From: Candidatus Enterousia sp.
Lineage (GTDB): Bacteria > Pseudomonadota > Alphaproteobacteria > Rs-D84
Assembly: GCA_045637165.1 (NCBI GenBank)
Contig: JAZTYU010000002.1
Location: 1-59,585 of the forward strand
Reading direction: 5' to 3'
Length of the DNA: 59,585 nucleotides
Shown here: one piece after another, positions 44,497 through 54,464 of the stretch
Layout: the number at the start of each line of letters is the position of its first letter
Position numbering within the stretch: the first letter of the stretch is position 1
Notes under the pieces: model-generated
What the model saw: only the letters and a program-made list of their open reading frames with translations
Database searches by the model: none
Told to the model about the DNA's origin: nothing
Translations under genes and position numbers: made by a program

Positions 44497-44617
44497 TTTA
44501 TGATTTTCTTTTATTAGGGTGATTGCCCCACCATCCTTTCTTGACCTCATACGGAATCTAGCACGACATTTTATGGTTGTCAATGACATTTTATAAATAT
44601 TTTATGGTATTTTATGC
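44489..44617. promoter_or_regulatory. Direct-repeat array (ATTTTATGG-like; three longer GACATTTTAT copies) upstream of mraZ; candidate operator
   Basis: Plus-strand copies start at 44568, 44588, 44599 and 44609 (spacing 20, 11, 10). CAATGACATTTTAT is duplicated at 44489 and 44581. Confidence 0.3.
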
Positions 44618-44884
44618 CACAGAAAGTAAAATTAAAAAAAATTTTAATAAAATGAAAATAATTATATTTTGTGCTTGACCTGCGATTCGTTTTTGTTCTA
44701 AGATGTTTGTATAGACAAGAAAGAAGAAAACACAACTCTTGAAAAACCGCCAAAAACCGCAGTTTTTCAAGAAAACACAAAAACAAAATTAAAAATTGTC
44801 TGACCGTTTTGTAAATACCAACGTATTTACACAAAAAACAGGATAATTTTTACAGCATACGCCCAGTAAGGAGGGGAAACGCGC

Positions 44885-45220
44885 ATGACACAGAACATTA
44901 AAGAAATTATGATAGCCCTGAACCAAGTCCTGACAACCACTGTTTGGGTTAACGAAGACCGTCAAATTATCTCTTTGGCAGACGAATTAAAAATCGGACA
45001 CAATAACGCACCACGCTCTATCGAAGACTTGCCACGTGCTTCTTTGGTTGGTGCATACGTTTCTTTGCAGATTCGCACGGACAACTTTGACATCGCAGCT
45101 GAAACAATGGATACAAAAACACTGGCACTGCGTGTAAAAGAAATGGTTTTCGCAGAAGCCAAGAAAATCATGGACGCAGCAGACAACAGTTCAAAGTCCA
45201 ACGTCGCAATGGCTGCATAA
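44885..45220 (+). CDS. 111-aa hypothetical protein
   Basis: Strong SD AAGGAGGGG and its own terminator. Confidence 0.6.
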   Translation: MTQNIKEIMIALNQVLTTTVWVNEDRQIISLADELKIGHNNAPRSIEDLPRASLVGAYVSLQIRTDNFDIAAETMDTKTLALRVKEMVFAEAKKIMDAADNSSKSNVAMAA

Positions 45221-45283
45221 TTAAATAAAACATTGCGCGGAACAGGACAAACAGTTTCCGGATAACCGGAAGGAAGGGAGCAG

Positions 45284-45316
45284 CCGTCGGCAAGTAATTG
45301 CCGACGGTGCATTTTT
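45284..45316. terminator. Bidirectional terminator (111-aa gene / pyrG)
   Basis: 10-bp stem CCGTCGGCAA/TTGCCGACGG, loop GTAA, then TGCATTTTT. Confidence 0.65.
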
Positions 45317-45342
45317 GTTCCCCTTTGATTTATTGCAACATG

Positions 45343-46917
45343 CTATTGGTTGCGTTGCATTGCTGCCGCTATGAACGCATTGAACATCGGATGGCCCTTG
45401 TATGGGCTGGACTGAAATTCTGGATGAAATTGACCAGCGATAAAGAACAGATGATTTTTTAATTCGATTATTTCCGGTAATTTACCGTCTGGACTGCGTC
45501 CTGATATTATCATGCCTGCATCCGCAAAACGTTTTTCAAGACTAATATCCATTTCATATCTGTGACGATGACGCTCTGAAATACAGGTCGTATCAAATAC
45601 CCGATGTGCTAATGTCCCTGGTGTAATTTCACACGGATATGCCCCCAGACGCAACGTTCCACCCAGGTCTGCTGTATCATGGCCCGCAATAATATCTATG
45701 ACCGGGGTGCAATCCTTGGTAAATTCGGTCGAATCTGCATCGCTTATTCCCAAAACATTTCTTGCAAACTCTAAAACTGCGACCTGCATACCCAAACATA
45801 TTCCCATATATGGAACATTATTTTCACGTGCGTATTTAGCAGCCGCTATTTTACCAGAAACACCACGAACACCAAAACCGCCAGGAACCAAAATACCATC
45901 AACATCACGACAGTCATCAGGTGCAAAACTTTCAGCGTCTATCTTTTTTAATTTTACATGCACATTGTTTTGAATGCCCGCATGAAACAAGGCCTCGTTC
46001 AGCGATTTATACGCATCGGGAACATTAAAATACTTACCCACAATGCCAATGGTTATTGTTGGTAAATCTGCCGACAAATATCGTTCTATGCGTTCAAAGC
46101 GTGCATTGTCACCACGGGCATTTGGTAATCCAAAGTGGTCTGCAATAATATCAAAAACATGTTGTGATTCATATGCCAGTGGAATTTTATAAATATTATC
46201 AACATCAATCCCACTGATTACATTTTTAGACGGCAGGTTGCAAAACATTCCTATCTTGTCCCGTTCAGAAGACGTTAGCATACGAGGCGTTCGAACAACC
46301 AACATATCTGCCTGGATACCATGTTCTAGCAACTGACGAACCGACATCTGGGTTGGCTTGGTTTTTAATTCCCCTGATTTTTCCAAATAAGGAGCAAGCG
46401 TCAAATGCACAAACATAACATTACGCCGCCCAACATCGTTCGCAAACTGACGAATAGATTCCAAGAATATTTTTCCTTCGATATCACCAACAGTGCCACC
46501 AATTTCACAAACTACAAAATCAGTGTCAGTTGGTGCGGATATATATTCTTTGATTTTATTTGATACATGCGGAATCATTTGAACAGTAGAGCCTAAATAC
46601 GTGCCATGACGCTCTGCATTCAAAACATCCCAGTAAATTCGACCACCTGATACAGAATCACAACGTGATAACTTTACCCCTAAAAAACGTTCATAATATC
46701 CTAAATCAAGGTCTGTTTCATAACCATCGTTTGTAACATAAACTTCGCCATGCTGAAACGGCGACATAGTCCCCGGGTCAATATTCAAATACGGGTCAAA
46801 TTTTCGTGCATGAACACTGTAGCCCCGTGATTGAAGAAGGGCACCGCAACTTGCTGCTGGGACGCCCTTGCCTAAACTTGATACAACCCCACCTGTAATA
46901 AATATATATTTTGCCAT
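45343..46917 (-). CDS. pyrG: CTP synthase
   Basis: MAKYIFITGGVVSSLGKG N-terminus. GICLGMQ glutaminase Cys. 524 aa. Confidence 0.95.
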   Translation of the reverse strand: MAKYIFITGGVVSSLGKGVPAASCGALLQSRGYSVHARKFDPYLNIDPGTMSPFQHGEVYVTNDGYETDLDLGYYERFLGVKLSRCDSVSGGRIYWDVLNAERHGTYLGSTVQMIPHVSNKIKEYISAPTDTDFVVCEIGGTVGDIEGKIFLESIRQFANDVGRRNVMFVHLTLAPYLEKSGELKTKPTQMSVRQLLEHGIQADMLVVRTPRMLTSSERDKIGMFCNLPSKNVISGIDVDNIYKIPLAYESQHVFDIIADHFGLPNARGDNARFERIERYLSADLPTITIGIVGKYFNVPDAYKSLNEALFHAGIQNNVHVKLKKIDAESFAPDDCRDVDGILVPGGFGVRGVSGKIAAAKYARENNVPYMGICLGMQVAVLEFARNVLGISDADSTEFTKDCTPVIDIIAGHDTADLGGTLRLGAYPCEITPGTLAHRVFDTTCISERHRHRYEMDISLEKRFADAGMIISGRSPDGKLPEIIELKNHLFFIAGQFHPEFQSSPYKGHPMFNAFIAAAMQRNQ

Positions 46918-46994
46918 AAGTTGCCCCCTTATGGACTTTCATCATACGAAAAATTTCATTGATATGCAATCATATAAATTCCTATACTTTTTCT

Positions 46995-48914
46995 ATGCGA
47001 AAATGGTTGAATCTTCAACAGCGAAACAGATTTCTGTTCGTGCCATTTCTGATGGCCGCAGGGGCGGCATTGTATTTTTCACTGACAACAGAACCAAATT
47101 TATTTTTTCCTGGGATTTTATCACTGATTTTTATTACACTTGCGACCATAAAGAAAATCCCCACCCCGGTTCGGGTAATTTGTATTTTCGCGTTTGGTTT
47201 CTGTTATGCGAACACATACACAAACCTTATAAATACACCCATTATAAAACGCAACTTATATAACCTGACCATCAATGGGCCTGTTCAGAAAATTGATTTT
47301 ACAGATGATAAAAACAGAATTTTTCTGCGTATCAATGCAGAAGATATCAAGGCTGGCACTGGCGATGCAATCGTGCGGCTTTCTGTTGGCAATGATATTG
47401 CCCTGCCCCAGATTGGCGACGTGGTCAGTGCAAATGTTGGACTGTTTAAACCATCTGGTGCAGCAGCACCCGAAACTTTTGATTATGCACGCTGGGCATA
47501 TTTTAATAATTTAAGTGCAACAGGATATACAAACGACATTCAGATAATAAAAAACAACCGTAAATACAGTCTGAACAAGTTCAGGGACAACATTCACAAC
47601 AAGACAAATTCATTTCTGGTTGACAGTTTAGTATTAGGCTATAAAAACATAATTCCAGAAAACGATGCCGCCATCTGGGTCAGCAGTGGCATTGGCCACG
47701 TCTGGTCAATCAGTGGATTTCATATGACATTGGTTGGCGGTTGGCTGTTTTTGATTTTTTACACCTTGTTCAGGGCTGTGCCATGGGTTGTGCGACGGGT
47801 GCCGGCTAAAATTCCAGGAATATTATGTGCGTGGATTGGGCTGGTTGGATATTTATTTTTATCAGGCTGTGATGTCGCAACAATTCGTGCATTCTTGATG
47901 ACAAGCCTGGTATTTATGGCATTTATATTTGGACGCAGTGCGTTTTCTATGCGAAATATAGCACTGGCATTTTGTGCAATATTCTTGATAAATCCGCACT
48001 ATGTTATGCAGGCTGGATTTCAACTGTCGTTCGCAGCGGTGTTCGGCTTGATTTGGGTGTATTCTGAAATTAAACCAAAGATGCCGGAAAACAAAATCTT
48101 GAAAATAATTTACGCAATGGTTTTGACTTCACTGGTGGCAACATTGTTTACCGCCCCATTTGTTGCAGCACACTTTGGAACATTGCCGACATACAGTTTG
48201 ATTGGCAACCTGGTTTTATTGCCAATCTTTTCAATTGCGATTATGCCACTGGTTATGATTGGAACAATTACAGGAATGTTTGGAATATTGTTCCCAATAG
48301 AACTGGCACATTTGATTTACGATAAAACACTGAATATCGCACGCTGTATTTCAGAATTGCCATTGGCAAATATAGATATGCCGCACATTCCAAATAATGC
48401 AATGATTTGCTTTATTGCTGGACTTATGTCCCTGGTTTTGATTCAAAATATAAAGATTAAAGTAAACTGCATTTTATTTGCACTGTTTGTTGGGATTGGA
48501 ATTGTTTTAGTGCAAATAAATCCAAAACCAATTTTCTGGACGACTGACGATAATGAACTGGTTGCGTTTGTCGATGATAACGGCAAACTAGAATTTAATA
48601 AATCCCGTTCATCAAATCACTATTTTGCATTTAAAACCTGGAAGAAATTTAACGGAGAAGCCACAAACACACCAAACAAACGACGCAAGCACGACAAAGG
48701 ACTCTATCGATATAACGATATCGTATATATTCAAAAGTTTGTTCCACTGATGAATAACATTAAATCGTTATGCAATGACGACAGCGTCAGATATATCGTT
48801 TCATACTTTGATATAAAATCAGAAAAATGTAAGCACAAAATTCTGCGTGGTGGATTTGTAATTTATCCTGACGGACGTGTTAAATACACAACCACAAAAC
48901 GCCGCTGGAACTAA
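46995..48914 (+). CDS. comEC: ComEC/Rec2 family DNA-uptake channel protein (no obvious C-terminal metallo-beta-lactamase domain)
   Basis: Polytopic membrane protein with SGIGHVWSISGFHMT. ATG at 46995 chosen over the 46959 start. Confidence 0.8.
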   Translation: MRKWLNLQQRNRFLFVPFLMAAGAALYFSLTTEPNLFFPGILSLIFITLATIKKIPTPVRVICIFAFGFCYANTYTNLINTPIIKRNLYNLTINGPVQKIDFTDDKNRIFLRINAEDIKAGTGDAIVRLSVGNDIALPQIGDVVSANVGLFKPSGAAAPETFDYARWAYFNNLSATGYTNDIQIIKNNRKYSLNKFRDNIHNKTNSFLVDSLVLGYKNIIPENDAAIWVSSGIGHVWSISGFHMTLVGGWLFLIFYTLFRAVPWVVRRVPAKIPGILCAWIGLVGYLFLSGCDVATIRAFLMTSLVFMAFIFGRSAFSMRNIALAFCAIFLINPHYVMQAGFQLSFAAVFGLIWVYSEIKPKMPENKILKIIYAMVLTSLVATLFTAPFVAAHFGTLPTYSLIGNLVLLPIFSIAIMPLVMIGTITGMFGILFPIELAHLIYDKTLNIARCISELPLANIDMPHIPNNAMICFIAGLMSLVLIQNIKIKVNCILFALFVGIGIVLVQINPKPIFWTTDDNELVAFVDDNGKLEFNKSRSSNHYFAFKTWKKFNGEATNTPNKRRKHDKGLYRYNDIVYIQKFVPLMNNIKSLCNDDSVRYIVSYFDIKSEKCKHKILRGGFVIYPDGRVKYTTTKRRWN

Positions 48915-49642
48915 TAATCTGCACGGATAAAATACAAGCCTGATGCGGGGGCGGTTGGACCGGCTGCAGAACGATTTTTTGCAGCCAAAATTTCATCAAT
49001 ATCCAAGGCCCTGCCCAGACCTATTTCAATCAACGTGCCAACAATGTTGCGAACCATGTGATGCAAAAATGAACGGGCAGAAAATTCAAATATTATTTCA
49101 TCGCCGTGTTGCATGATTTCAATTTTATCCAATGTTTTAACAGGGGTTTTTGCCTGACATTCTGATGCACGAAAACTGGTAAAATCGTGATTACCAATTA
49201 AATGTGCCGCTGCACATCGCATTGCTTCAATATTCAGTGGGCGTGGAACCCAATACACACGATTCTTTTGCAATACAGGTGATGCACCACGATTTAGAAC
49301 AACGTATTTATAATGACGTGCAACACAATCAAAGCGTGCATTAAAATCATCAGACACAATTTCACAACCCAAAACCCGAACAGGGCTTTGGACCAGATAA
49401 AAATTTAATGCATGCACAACCGTCTGGGCAGAATGAGTGCCATCAATATCAAAGTGTGCGGTCATTGCAACAGCATGAACCCCGGAATCTGTGCGACCTG
49501 CACCAACAACATCGGGACGTGTGCCACAGAATTTTTCAATCGCATCTTTCACCAATGATTGCACAGATGGCCCCTGGCGATTTTCCTGCCAGCCAATTAA
49601 ATCTGTGCCATCGTATTCTAAAACAACTTTGTATCGTGTCAT
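48911..49642 (-). CDS. truA: tRNA pseudouridine(38-40) synthase
   Basis: VLEYDGTDLIGWQ, GAGRTDSGVHA catalytic Asp motif. Confidence 0.9.
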   Translation of the reverse strand: MTRYKVVLEYDGTDLIGWQENRQGPSVQSLVKDAIEKFCGTRPDVVGAGRTDSGVHAVAMTAHFDIDGTHSAQTVVHALNFYLVQSPVRVLGCEIVSDDFNARFDCVARHYKYVVLNRGASPVLQKNRVYWVPRPLNIEAMRCAAAHLIGNHDFTSFRASECQAKTPVKTLDKIEIMQHGDEIIFEFSARSFLHHMVRNIVGTLIEIGLGRALDIDEILAAKNRSAAGPTAPASGLYFIRADY

Positions 49643-49648
49643 TTGTGC

Positions 49649-49855
49649 CTAGCGTGTGTTTTGGGTTGTTTTATACAGAAATTCCTTGCAGGTGTCGTGC
49701 GTGCTGACCCGAAGCGGCCCAAAGAAAAATATATTCAATTCACCAGACTGATAACACAAAAAATGTTTTTTGCCTTTTTTATCTGTGTGTTCCCGCATAT
49801 GTTCGCAATTTCTGCATATTTTTTCTGTGTTCTTTAAATCACTTGCATTTGTCAT
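49649..49855 (-). CDS. 68-aa four-Cys protein (CxxC...C...C), hypothetical
   Basis: Fits exactly between fmt (5-nt gap) and truA (6-nt gap). Contains CRNCEH. Confidence 0.45.
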   Translation of the reverse strand: MTNASDLKNTEKICRNCEHMREHTDKKGKKHFLCYQSGELNIFFFGPLRVSTHDTCKEFLYKTTQNTR

Positions 49856-49860
49856 TTTTT

Positions 49861-50667
49861 CTATTCCCCTAATTTTATCGGTGCACCATGCAGACCATTT
49901 AGAAAACTTTTCCAGTCCATTGGTTTTTTACCAGCAGGTTGCAATTGCACAAAATCCAATGTATCACCGTTCAGTTTAGTCTTTAACACCTTGACATCAA
50001 TACCATTTATAGTTGTGCGACCACAACCCAGCGCACGAATCTGGTTATGAATTTGATTTGCAGGTTTTGACCAATCTATGATTTCATCATTGCCCGTCCA
50101 TTTACGTGTAAACGTTGGGGTACCAACCTGGGGCTGTGCCGTATAGGACGATGGCGACGCCAGATATTCGACCAGCATTTGCGAACCCATTTCGGAAACA
50201 CGATGTTCTATGTCATCATTAGTGTCATCAATACCGATTTCAAATTCACGACACGCAAAGACATCGCCTGCATCAAGTTCTGGTGTCATTGTCATCAGGC
50301 ACACACCCGACTTTTTATCCCCGTTATAAATCGCTGTGCGTATTGGCGATGGACCACGATATGCAGGCAGTAGACTGGGATGCAGATTTACACATGGTGC
50401 AGATTCCAAAACATTTTCACGTAAAATAACACCGTATGATATAACAACAACCATATCTGGGCTATAATTATATTCCTTGATACTTGTATGAACCTGCAAG
50501 CCGTTTTCATTTGCCCAAACATGTACAGGCGATGGTGTTAAAATCCGCTTGCGTCCTGTTGGCTTTGGTGCACGGGTAAAAACAGCCACAATTTCATGGC
50601 CTGCTTTTAATATAGCATCAAAAATAGGGACGACAAATGCGTTTGTTCCCATTAAAACTAACTTCAT
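49861..50667 (-). CDS. fmt: Methionyl-tRNA formyltransferase (short, 268 aa)
   Basis: NLHPSLLPAYRGPSPI motif. Follows def. Confidence 0.9.
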   Translation of the reverse strand: MKLVLMGTNAFVVPIFDAILKAGHEIVAVFTRAPKPTGRKRILTPSPVHVWANENGLQVHTSIKEYNYSPDMVVVISYGVILRENVLESAPCVNLHPSLLPAYRGPSPIRTAIYNGDKKSGVCLMTMTPELDAGDVFACREFEIGIDDTNDDIEHRVSEMGSQMLVEYLASPSSYTAQPQVGTPTFTRKWTGNDEIIDWSKPANQIHNQIRALGCGRTTINGIDVKVLKTKLNGDTLDFVQLQPAGKKPMDWKSFLNGLHGAPIKLGE

Positions 50668-50668
50668 T

Positions 50669-51169
50669 TTATTTCCGTTTTTTTACCTTGCGCATAAGCA
50701 TTTCACGACGCAGGGGTGATAAATAATCAACAAACAACTTTCCGTCCAAGTGGTCTGTTTCATGCTGAACAATACGGGCAGGAACACCGGACATCTGGGC
50801 CGTCTTTGTTTCACCTGTTTCATCTGTCCATTCAACAATTACACTGTCAGGACGTGTAACATTTGCATAGACTGGCAAACCGTCCGTCCCCAGAACAGAT
50901 AAACACCCTTCTTCCATTGTGCAGGTAGAAGAACTGTGTGATAAAATACGTGGATTTATCATACGATAAACCGTTTCACTGTCTGGGTCCATCATTACCA
51001 AAAAACGAGAAAGAATACCAACCTGGGGGGCAGCCAAGCCAACCCCATTTTGTTGCCGCATCATTTCAACCATTTCGTCCATTGTCGCCAATAAATCAGG
51101 CGTTATGGATTCAACAGGCGAACACACTGTTCGTAAAACTAAATCACCACAAAGTTTCATTTGCAACAT
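50669..51169 (-). CDS. def: Peptide deformylase
   Basis: GVGLAAPQVG, EGCLS, HETDHLDG motifs. Confidence 0.92.
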   Translation of the reverse strand: MLQMKLCGDLVLRTVCSPVESITPDLLATMDEMVEMMRQQNGVGLAAPQVGILSRFLVMMDPDSETVYRMINPRILSHSSSTCTMEEGCLSVLGTDGLPVYANVTRPDSVIVEWTDETGETKTAQMSGVPARIVQHETDHLDGKLFVDYLSPLRREMLMRKVKKRK

Positions 51170-51210
51170 TATTAAAACCTCTTATAATAATCATAGCAAA
51201 GGATTAGGAA

Positions 51211-52089
51211 ATGACAACTTATATTTTTGTATTGTTATTCATTATTATTTTATTGTTGCTGGCTATTTTAATGCGAAGACCTGTGCTGGACTTTTCACCC
51301 CTGCGTGAAGATAATGCACGCCTGCGTGAACGATTGGCAGAACGATTGGGGGCATTAAACCAAAATGCAATTGAACTAAAAAATATAAGTGCCGACATTG
51401 CAAACTTTAAAAATATCTTGATGGGAAACAAGCAGGCACGTGGAACATTTGGTGAACGCCAACTGGAAGATTTGGTGCGGGATATTATGCCGCCAGAGAC
51501 ATACGCCTTTCAACACGTTTTGCCAGGCGGTGTGCGACCAGACTGTGTTATCAGATTGCCTTATCCACCAGGCGATATGGTAATTGACAGCAAATTCCCA
51601 CTGGAAAGTTATAACCGTATGATGGCTGATGCTAATGATGTAATCGCCAAAAGGCAATTCGAACAAGATGTTCGCAGGCATATTGACGCAATCGCAGAAA
51701 AATATATTATCCCTGGTCAGACTGCGGAATCTGCAATGATGTTTATTGCATCAGAATCAATTTTTGAATTACTGCACAGGAACTTTCCGGCAACAATTGA
51801 TTATGCAGCACGCCAGAAAGTATTTATTGTTTCGCCTGCAACGCTGTGGGCAACGCTAAACACTATCAGGGCTGTATTGTCTGATATCAAGATAAAACGT
51901 GTCGCCGCAAAGATAAAGACAGAACTGGACGCACTGTTGGGTGATTTAACCCGACTGAACGAGCGGGCAAACGATATTGAAAAACACTTTGCACTGGCTA
52001 ATGCAGACCTGGATAAAATTCAAATTTCTGTTGGTAAAATCGCCCCACGTGCAGAAAAACTGCGTAATATGGACTTTGGTGAAGAATAA
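51211..52089 (+). CDS. rmuC: DNA recombination protein RmuC (short form)
   Basis: GERQLEDLV, PDCVIRLP, VIDSKFPLESY, IMFIASESIF. Confidence 0.8.
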   Translation: MTTYIFVLLFIIILLLLAILMRRPVLDFSPLREDNARLRERLAERLGALNQNAIELKNISADIANFKNILMGNKQARGTFGERQLEDLVRDIMPPETYAFQHVLPGGVRPDCVIRLPYPPGDMVIDSKFPLESYNRMMADANDVIAKRQFEQDVRRHIDAIAEKYIIPGQTAESAMMFIASESIFELLHRNFPATIDYAARQKVFIVSPATLWATLNTIRAVLSDIKIKRVAAKIKTELDALLGDLTRLNERANDIEKHFALANADLDKIQISVGKIAPRAEKLRNMDFGEE

Positions 52090-52094
52090 CGAAA

Positions 52095-52120
52095 AACCGG
52101 CAAAAGGCCGGTTATTTTTT
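52095..52120. terminator. Terminator between convergent genes
   Basis: Stem AACCGGC/GCCGGTT (52095-52101/52107-52113), then ATTTTTT. Confidence 0.6.
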
Positions 52121-52417
52121 CTTTTTATTTTTTCTGGGTTTGGTTTTTTGTTTTGTGTCCTGCGGACCATCAGACAAATTAGCGTGTTTGCCCAGTATTT
52201 GCAGTTGCATTTGCAGAATCAAATTCTCTTTGTCTTGGACCTGGTGCAATAAATCTTGGTTTTCAAGTTTTATCTTTTCCAGTGCTTGCCGACTGACAAT
52301 CAACTGATTTGCCATAGATTTATTACGCTTGCGATTTAGAAAAAACGCAAATACTGCACCACAAATTGCACCAAACGATGCACTAAGTAAATCAAAAAGT
52401 GTTTCTACCAAGACCAT
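52112..52417 (-). CDS. Membrane-anchored coiled-coil protein (YhcB-like layout), Lys-rich tail
   Basis: N-terminal TM, LENQDLLHQVQDKENLILQMQLQ coiled coil, KQKTKPRKNKKKK. Confidence 0.45.
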   Translation of the reverse strand: MVLVETLFDLLSASFGAICGAVFAFFLNRKRNKSMANQLIVSRQALEKIKLENQDLLHQVQDKENLILQMQLQILGKHANLSDGPQDTKQKTKPRKNKKKK

Positions 52418-52457
52418 AGAAACACTTTAACATTGTTTTAGCAATAATGCACCAGGC

Positions 52458-53054
52458 TTATTTTCTTAAACCCGTCTTCTTGTCAATCCAGACCTGTTCC
52501 TGGGCCAGTTCCATCATGGGCAAATCTGATTTACTGTCAGAATAGGCACGAACAACATTCGGAATAATTTTGTTTTCTTTGGCCCATTCATCCATTGCTA
52601 TAACCTTGTTTTCGCCCCAGCACAGAAACTTATAACGCCATGGTTTTTTTGCGTCCATTTTGGAACAAAATACCGCATCAAATTTCATATCACGGATAAG
52701 ACCTGGGATTAAATAATCTGTGCTGGCAGATATCAACAACACCTTGCGACCTGCATCACGTTCGGATTGAACACGTTCCTTGGCCCAACCAAAACGCTCA
52801 CGTTTGTGCTGCTTTATAAAGCCAGGTGCAAAACGACGAACCATATCAGGCGTCATAAAACGGCGGATGTTTTCACGCCACCAAACACCATTTGGGCGAA
52901 ACCAACGGCAAATTCCACAAATCCCCATCAGTGGCAAATAAATCCAGGGACGTAAATTGCGACGGAAACAATATTTCGCAAATTCTATATTTGAATCCAG
53001 TGCAGAAAGTGTTCCATCAAAATCAAACAAAACAACGTCTGTTTTTTTTAACAT
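52458..53054 (-). CDS. HAD-IB family hydrolase
   Basis: VLFDFDGTL (DxDxT) N-terminal motif, SDSKSDLPM. Confidence 0.7.
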   Translation of the reverse strand: MLKKTDVVLFDFDGTLSALDSNIEFAKYCFRRNLRPWIYLPLMGICGICRWFRPNGVWWRENIRRFMTPDMVRRFAPGFIKQHKRERFGWAKERVQSERDAGRKVLLISASTDYLIPGLIRDMKFDAVFCSKMDAKKPWRYKFLCWGENKVIAMDEWAKENKIIPNVVRAYSDSKSDLPMMELAQEQVWIDKKTGLRK

Positions 53055-53079
53055 ATATGTTTATCCTTGTGTGTTATGA

Positions 53080-54144
53080 TTATTCTTCGTTCTTGATTGT
53101 GGCACGAATATCCGCCAACGCACGGGCCCGTTCTGCAATCAAACCATTCAGGTTCGCACCGGTTAGTTTTGCCGTATAATGGATTGAATTTGCAAATGCC
53201 AATGCATCACTGTTGCCGTGTGTCTTGACCGCAAAGCCACGCAAGCCCAAGAATGTTGCACCCGCATAAGAACGTGGGTCAATCTTGTTTTTAAGACGCT
53301 TGAACACGTGAACTAAGAAAAATGCACCGATTATTGCCAGAATTGACTTCTTGAAATTTTCAACAATAACCCGCTTTATCAACTTGGCAGTTCCTTCGAC
53401 GGTTTTTAGAACGATATTGCCGGTAAATCCATCAGTTACAACAACCTGAACACGACCTGCACTGATATCGTTTCCTTCGACAAAGCCGATGTAGTCATAT
53501 GGCAACGCATCTTTGTTAGCCGTCAAAATTTTGTTCAGGTGAACCAGGGTTTCATTTCCCTTGGTTTCTTCGGAGCCAATATTCAATATGCCCAATTTTG
53601 GTTTTGGCATTTTGCCCACAACTTCGGCATAAACACTGCCCAGAACGGCAAAGTCAAACAATATCGTTTCATCGCAATGAACGTTTGCCCCCAAATCAAG
53701 AACAACCACACGACTGTCCCCGGCACCAGATGGCAACATCGTTGTAATTGCAGGACGTGAAATACCATCAATCGTCTTTAACGCCAATTTGGACAAAGAC
53801 ATCAAAATACCGGTATTACCAGCACTGATGACAGCGGTAGATTTCCCTTCACGGACATCCTTTATCGCCATATACATTGATGTATCCTGGGCATGACGCA
53901 AAACATCCATAACCTTGTCCGTACCACGGATAACGTTCGGGGCGTGTATAACCTCTACATTTCGGGAAACACGGGGATATTTTGCCAATAATTTACGTAA
54001 TTTTTTTTCATCTCCAAACAGACGAAAAGAAACATCACTTTCGCCGTGCTGGTATAAATACTGATTCATTCCACCAAGAACAGCATTTGGTCCTTTGTCG
54101 CCGCCCATGGCATCAATAGCAATAATTTTTTTATCGTGTGACAT
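53080..54144 (-). CDS. plsX: Phosphate acyltransferase PlsX
   Basis: IAIDAMGGDKGP. Start at MSHDKK (54144). Confidence 0.9.
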   Translation of the reverse strand: MSHDKKIIAIDAMGGDKGPNAVLGGMNQYLYQHGESDVSFRLFGDEKKLRKLLAKYPRVSRNVEVIHAPNVIRGTDKVMDVLRHAQDTSMYMAIKDVREGKSTAVISAGNTGILMSLSKLALKTIDGISRPAITTMLPSGAGDSRVVVLDLGANVHCDETILFDFAVLGSVYAEVVGKMPKPKLGILNIGSEETKGNETLVHLNKILTANKDALPYDYIGFVEGNDISAGRVQVVVTDGFTGNIVLKTVEGTAKLIKRVIVENFKKSILAIIGAFFLVHVFKRLKNKIDPRSYAGATFLGLRGFAVKTHGNSDALAFANSIHYTAKLTGANLNGLIAERARALADIRATIKNEE

Positions 54145-54215
54145 AGTATAAAAAAGGCAGAATGGGCACATATTACGCACCCTGAATCCTGCCTTGTATT
54201 TTTTTGTTAGTTATA

Positions 54216-54365
54216 TTATTTCGCACCGCATGCAGAACAAACGTGATGTGGACGTTTCTTTTCGCCACATGTTTTGCATACACCACAAGGCATTACAGAC
54301 AATGCATCGTGTGAACGACGCTGGGCACTGCGGGCTTTACTTGTTTTACTTTTTGGCGTTGCCAT
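54216..54365 (-). CDS. rpmF: 50S ribosomal protein L32 (49 aa)
   Basis: Hand translation MATPKSKTSKARSAQRRSHDALSVMPCGVCKTCGEKKRPHHVCSACGAK. Absent from the ORF track because it is under 60 aa. Confidence 0.85.
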   Translation of the reverse strand: MATPKSKTSKARSAQRRSHDALSVMPCGVCKTCGEKKRPHHVCSACGAK

Positions 54366-54437
54366 TTTTTTATCCTTTTTATGTTATAACTGTCCTATTT
54401 TATTCAAATCATTACGATTTGCAAGAAAAAGTTTCAT

Positions 54438-54457
54438 TCCCGGGGTTATCCCCGGGA
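54438..54457. terminator. Hairpin downstream of rpoC (terminator-like)
   Basis: 8-bp stem TCCCGGGG/CCCCGGGA, loop TTAT. The T-run is only partial on the minus strand. Confidence 0.4.
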
Positions 54458-54464
54458 TTTTTAA

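Noticed and set aside
44497-44589. A 180-aa version of MraZ starting at 44589.
   Set aside because: The extra 31 residues precede the canonical MraZ N-terminus. They arise from a duplicated ATAAAATGTCATTG segment in the promoter region.
45255-45290. CCGGAAGGAAGGGAGCAGCC resembles the conserved domain IV motif (GGAAGCAGCC) of SRP/4.5S RNA.
   Set aside because: I could not find a complementary 5' strand to build helix 5. The 3' part is instead consumed by a perfect 10-bp terminator hairpin (45284-45307). That leaves under 50 nt, too short for an SRP RNA. An Infernal scan could still revisit this.
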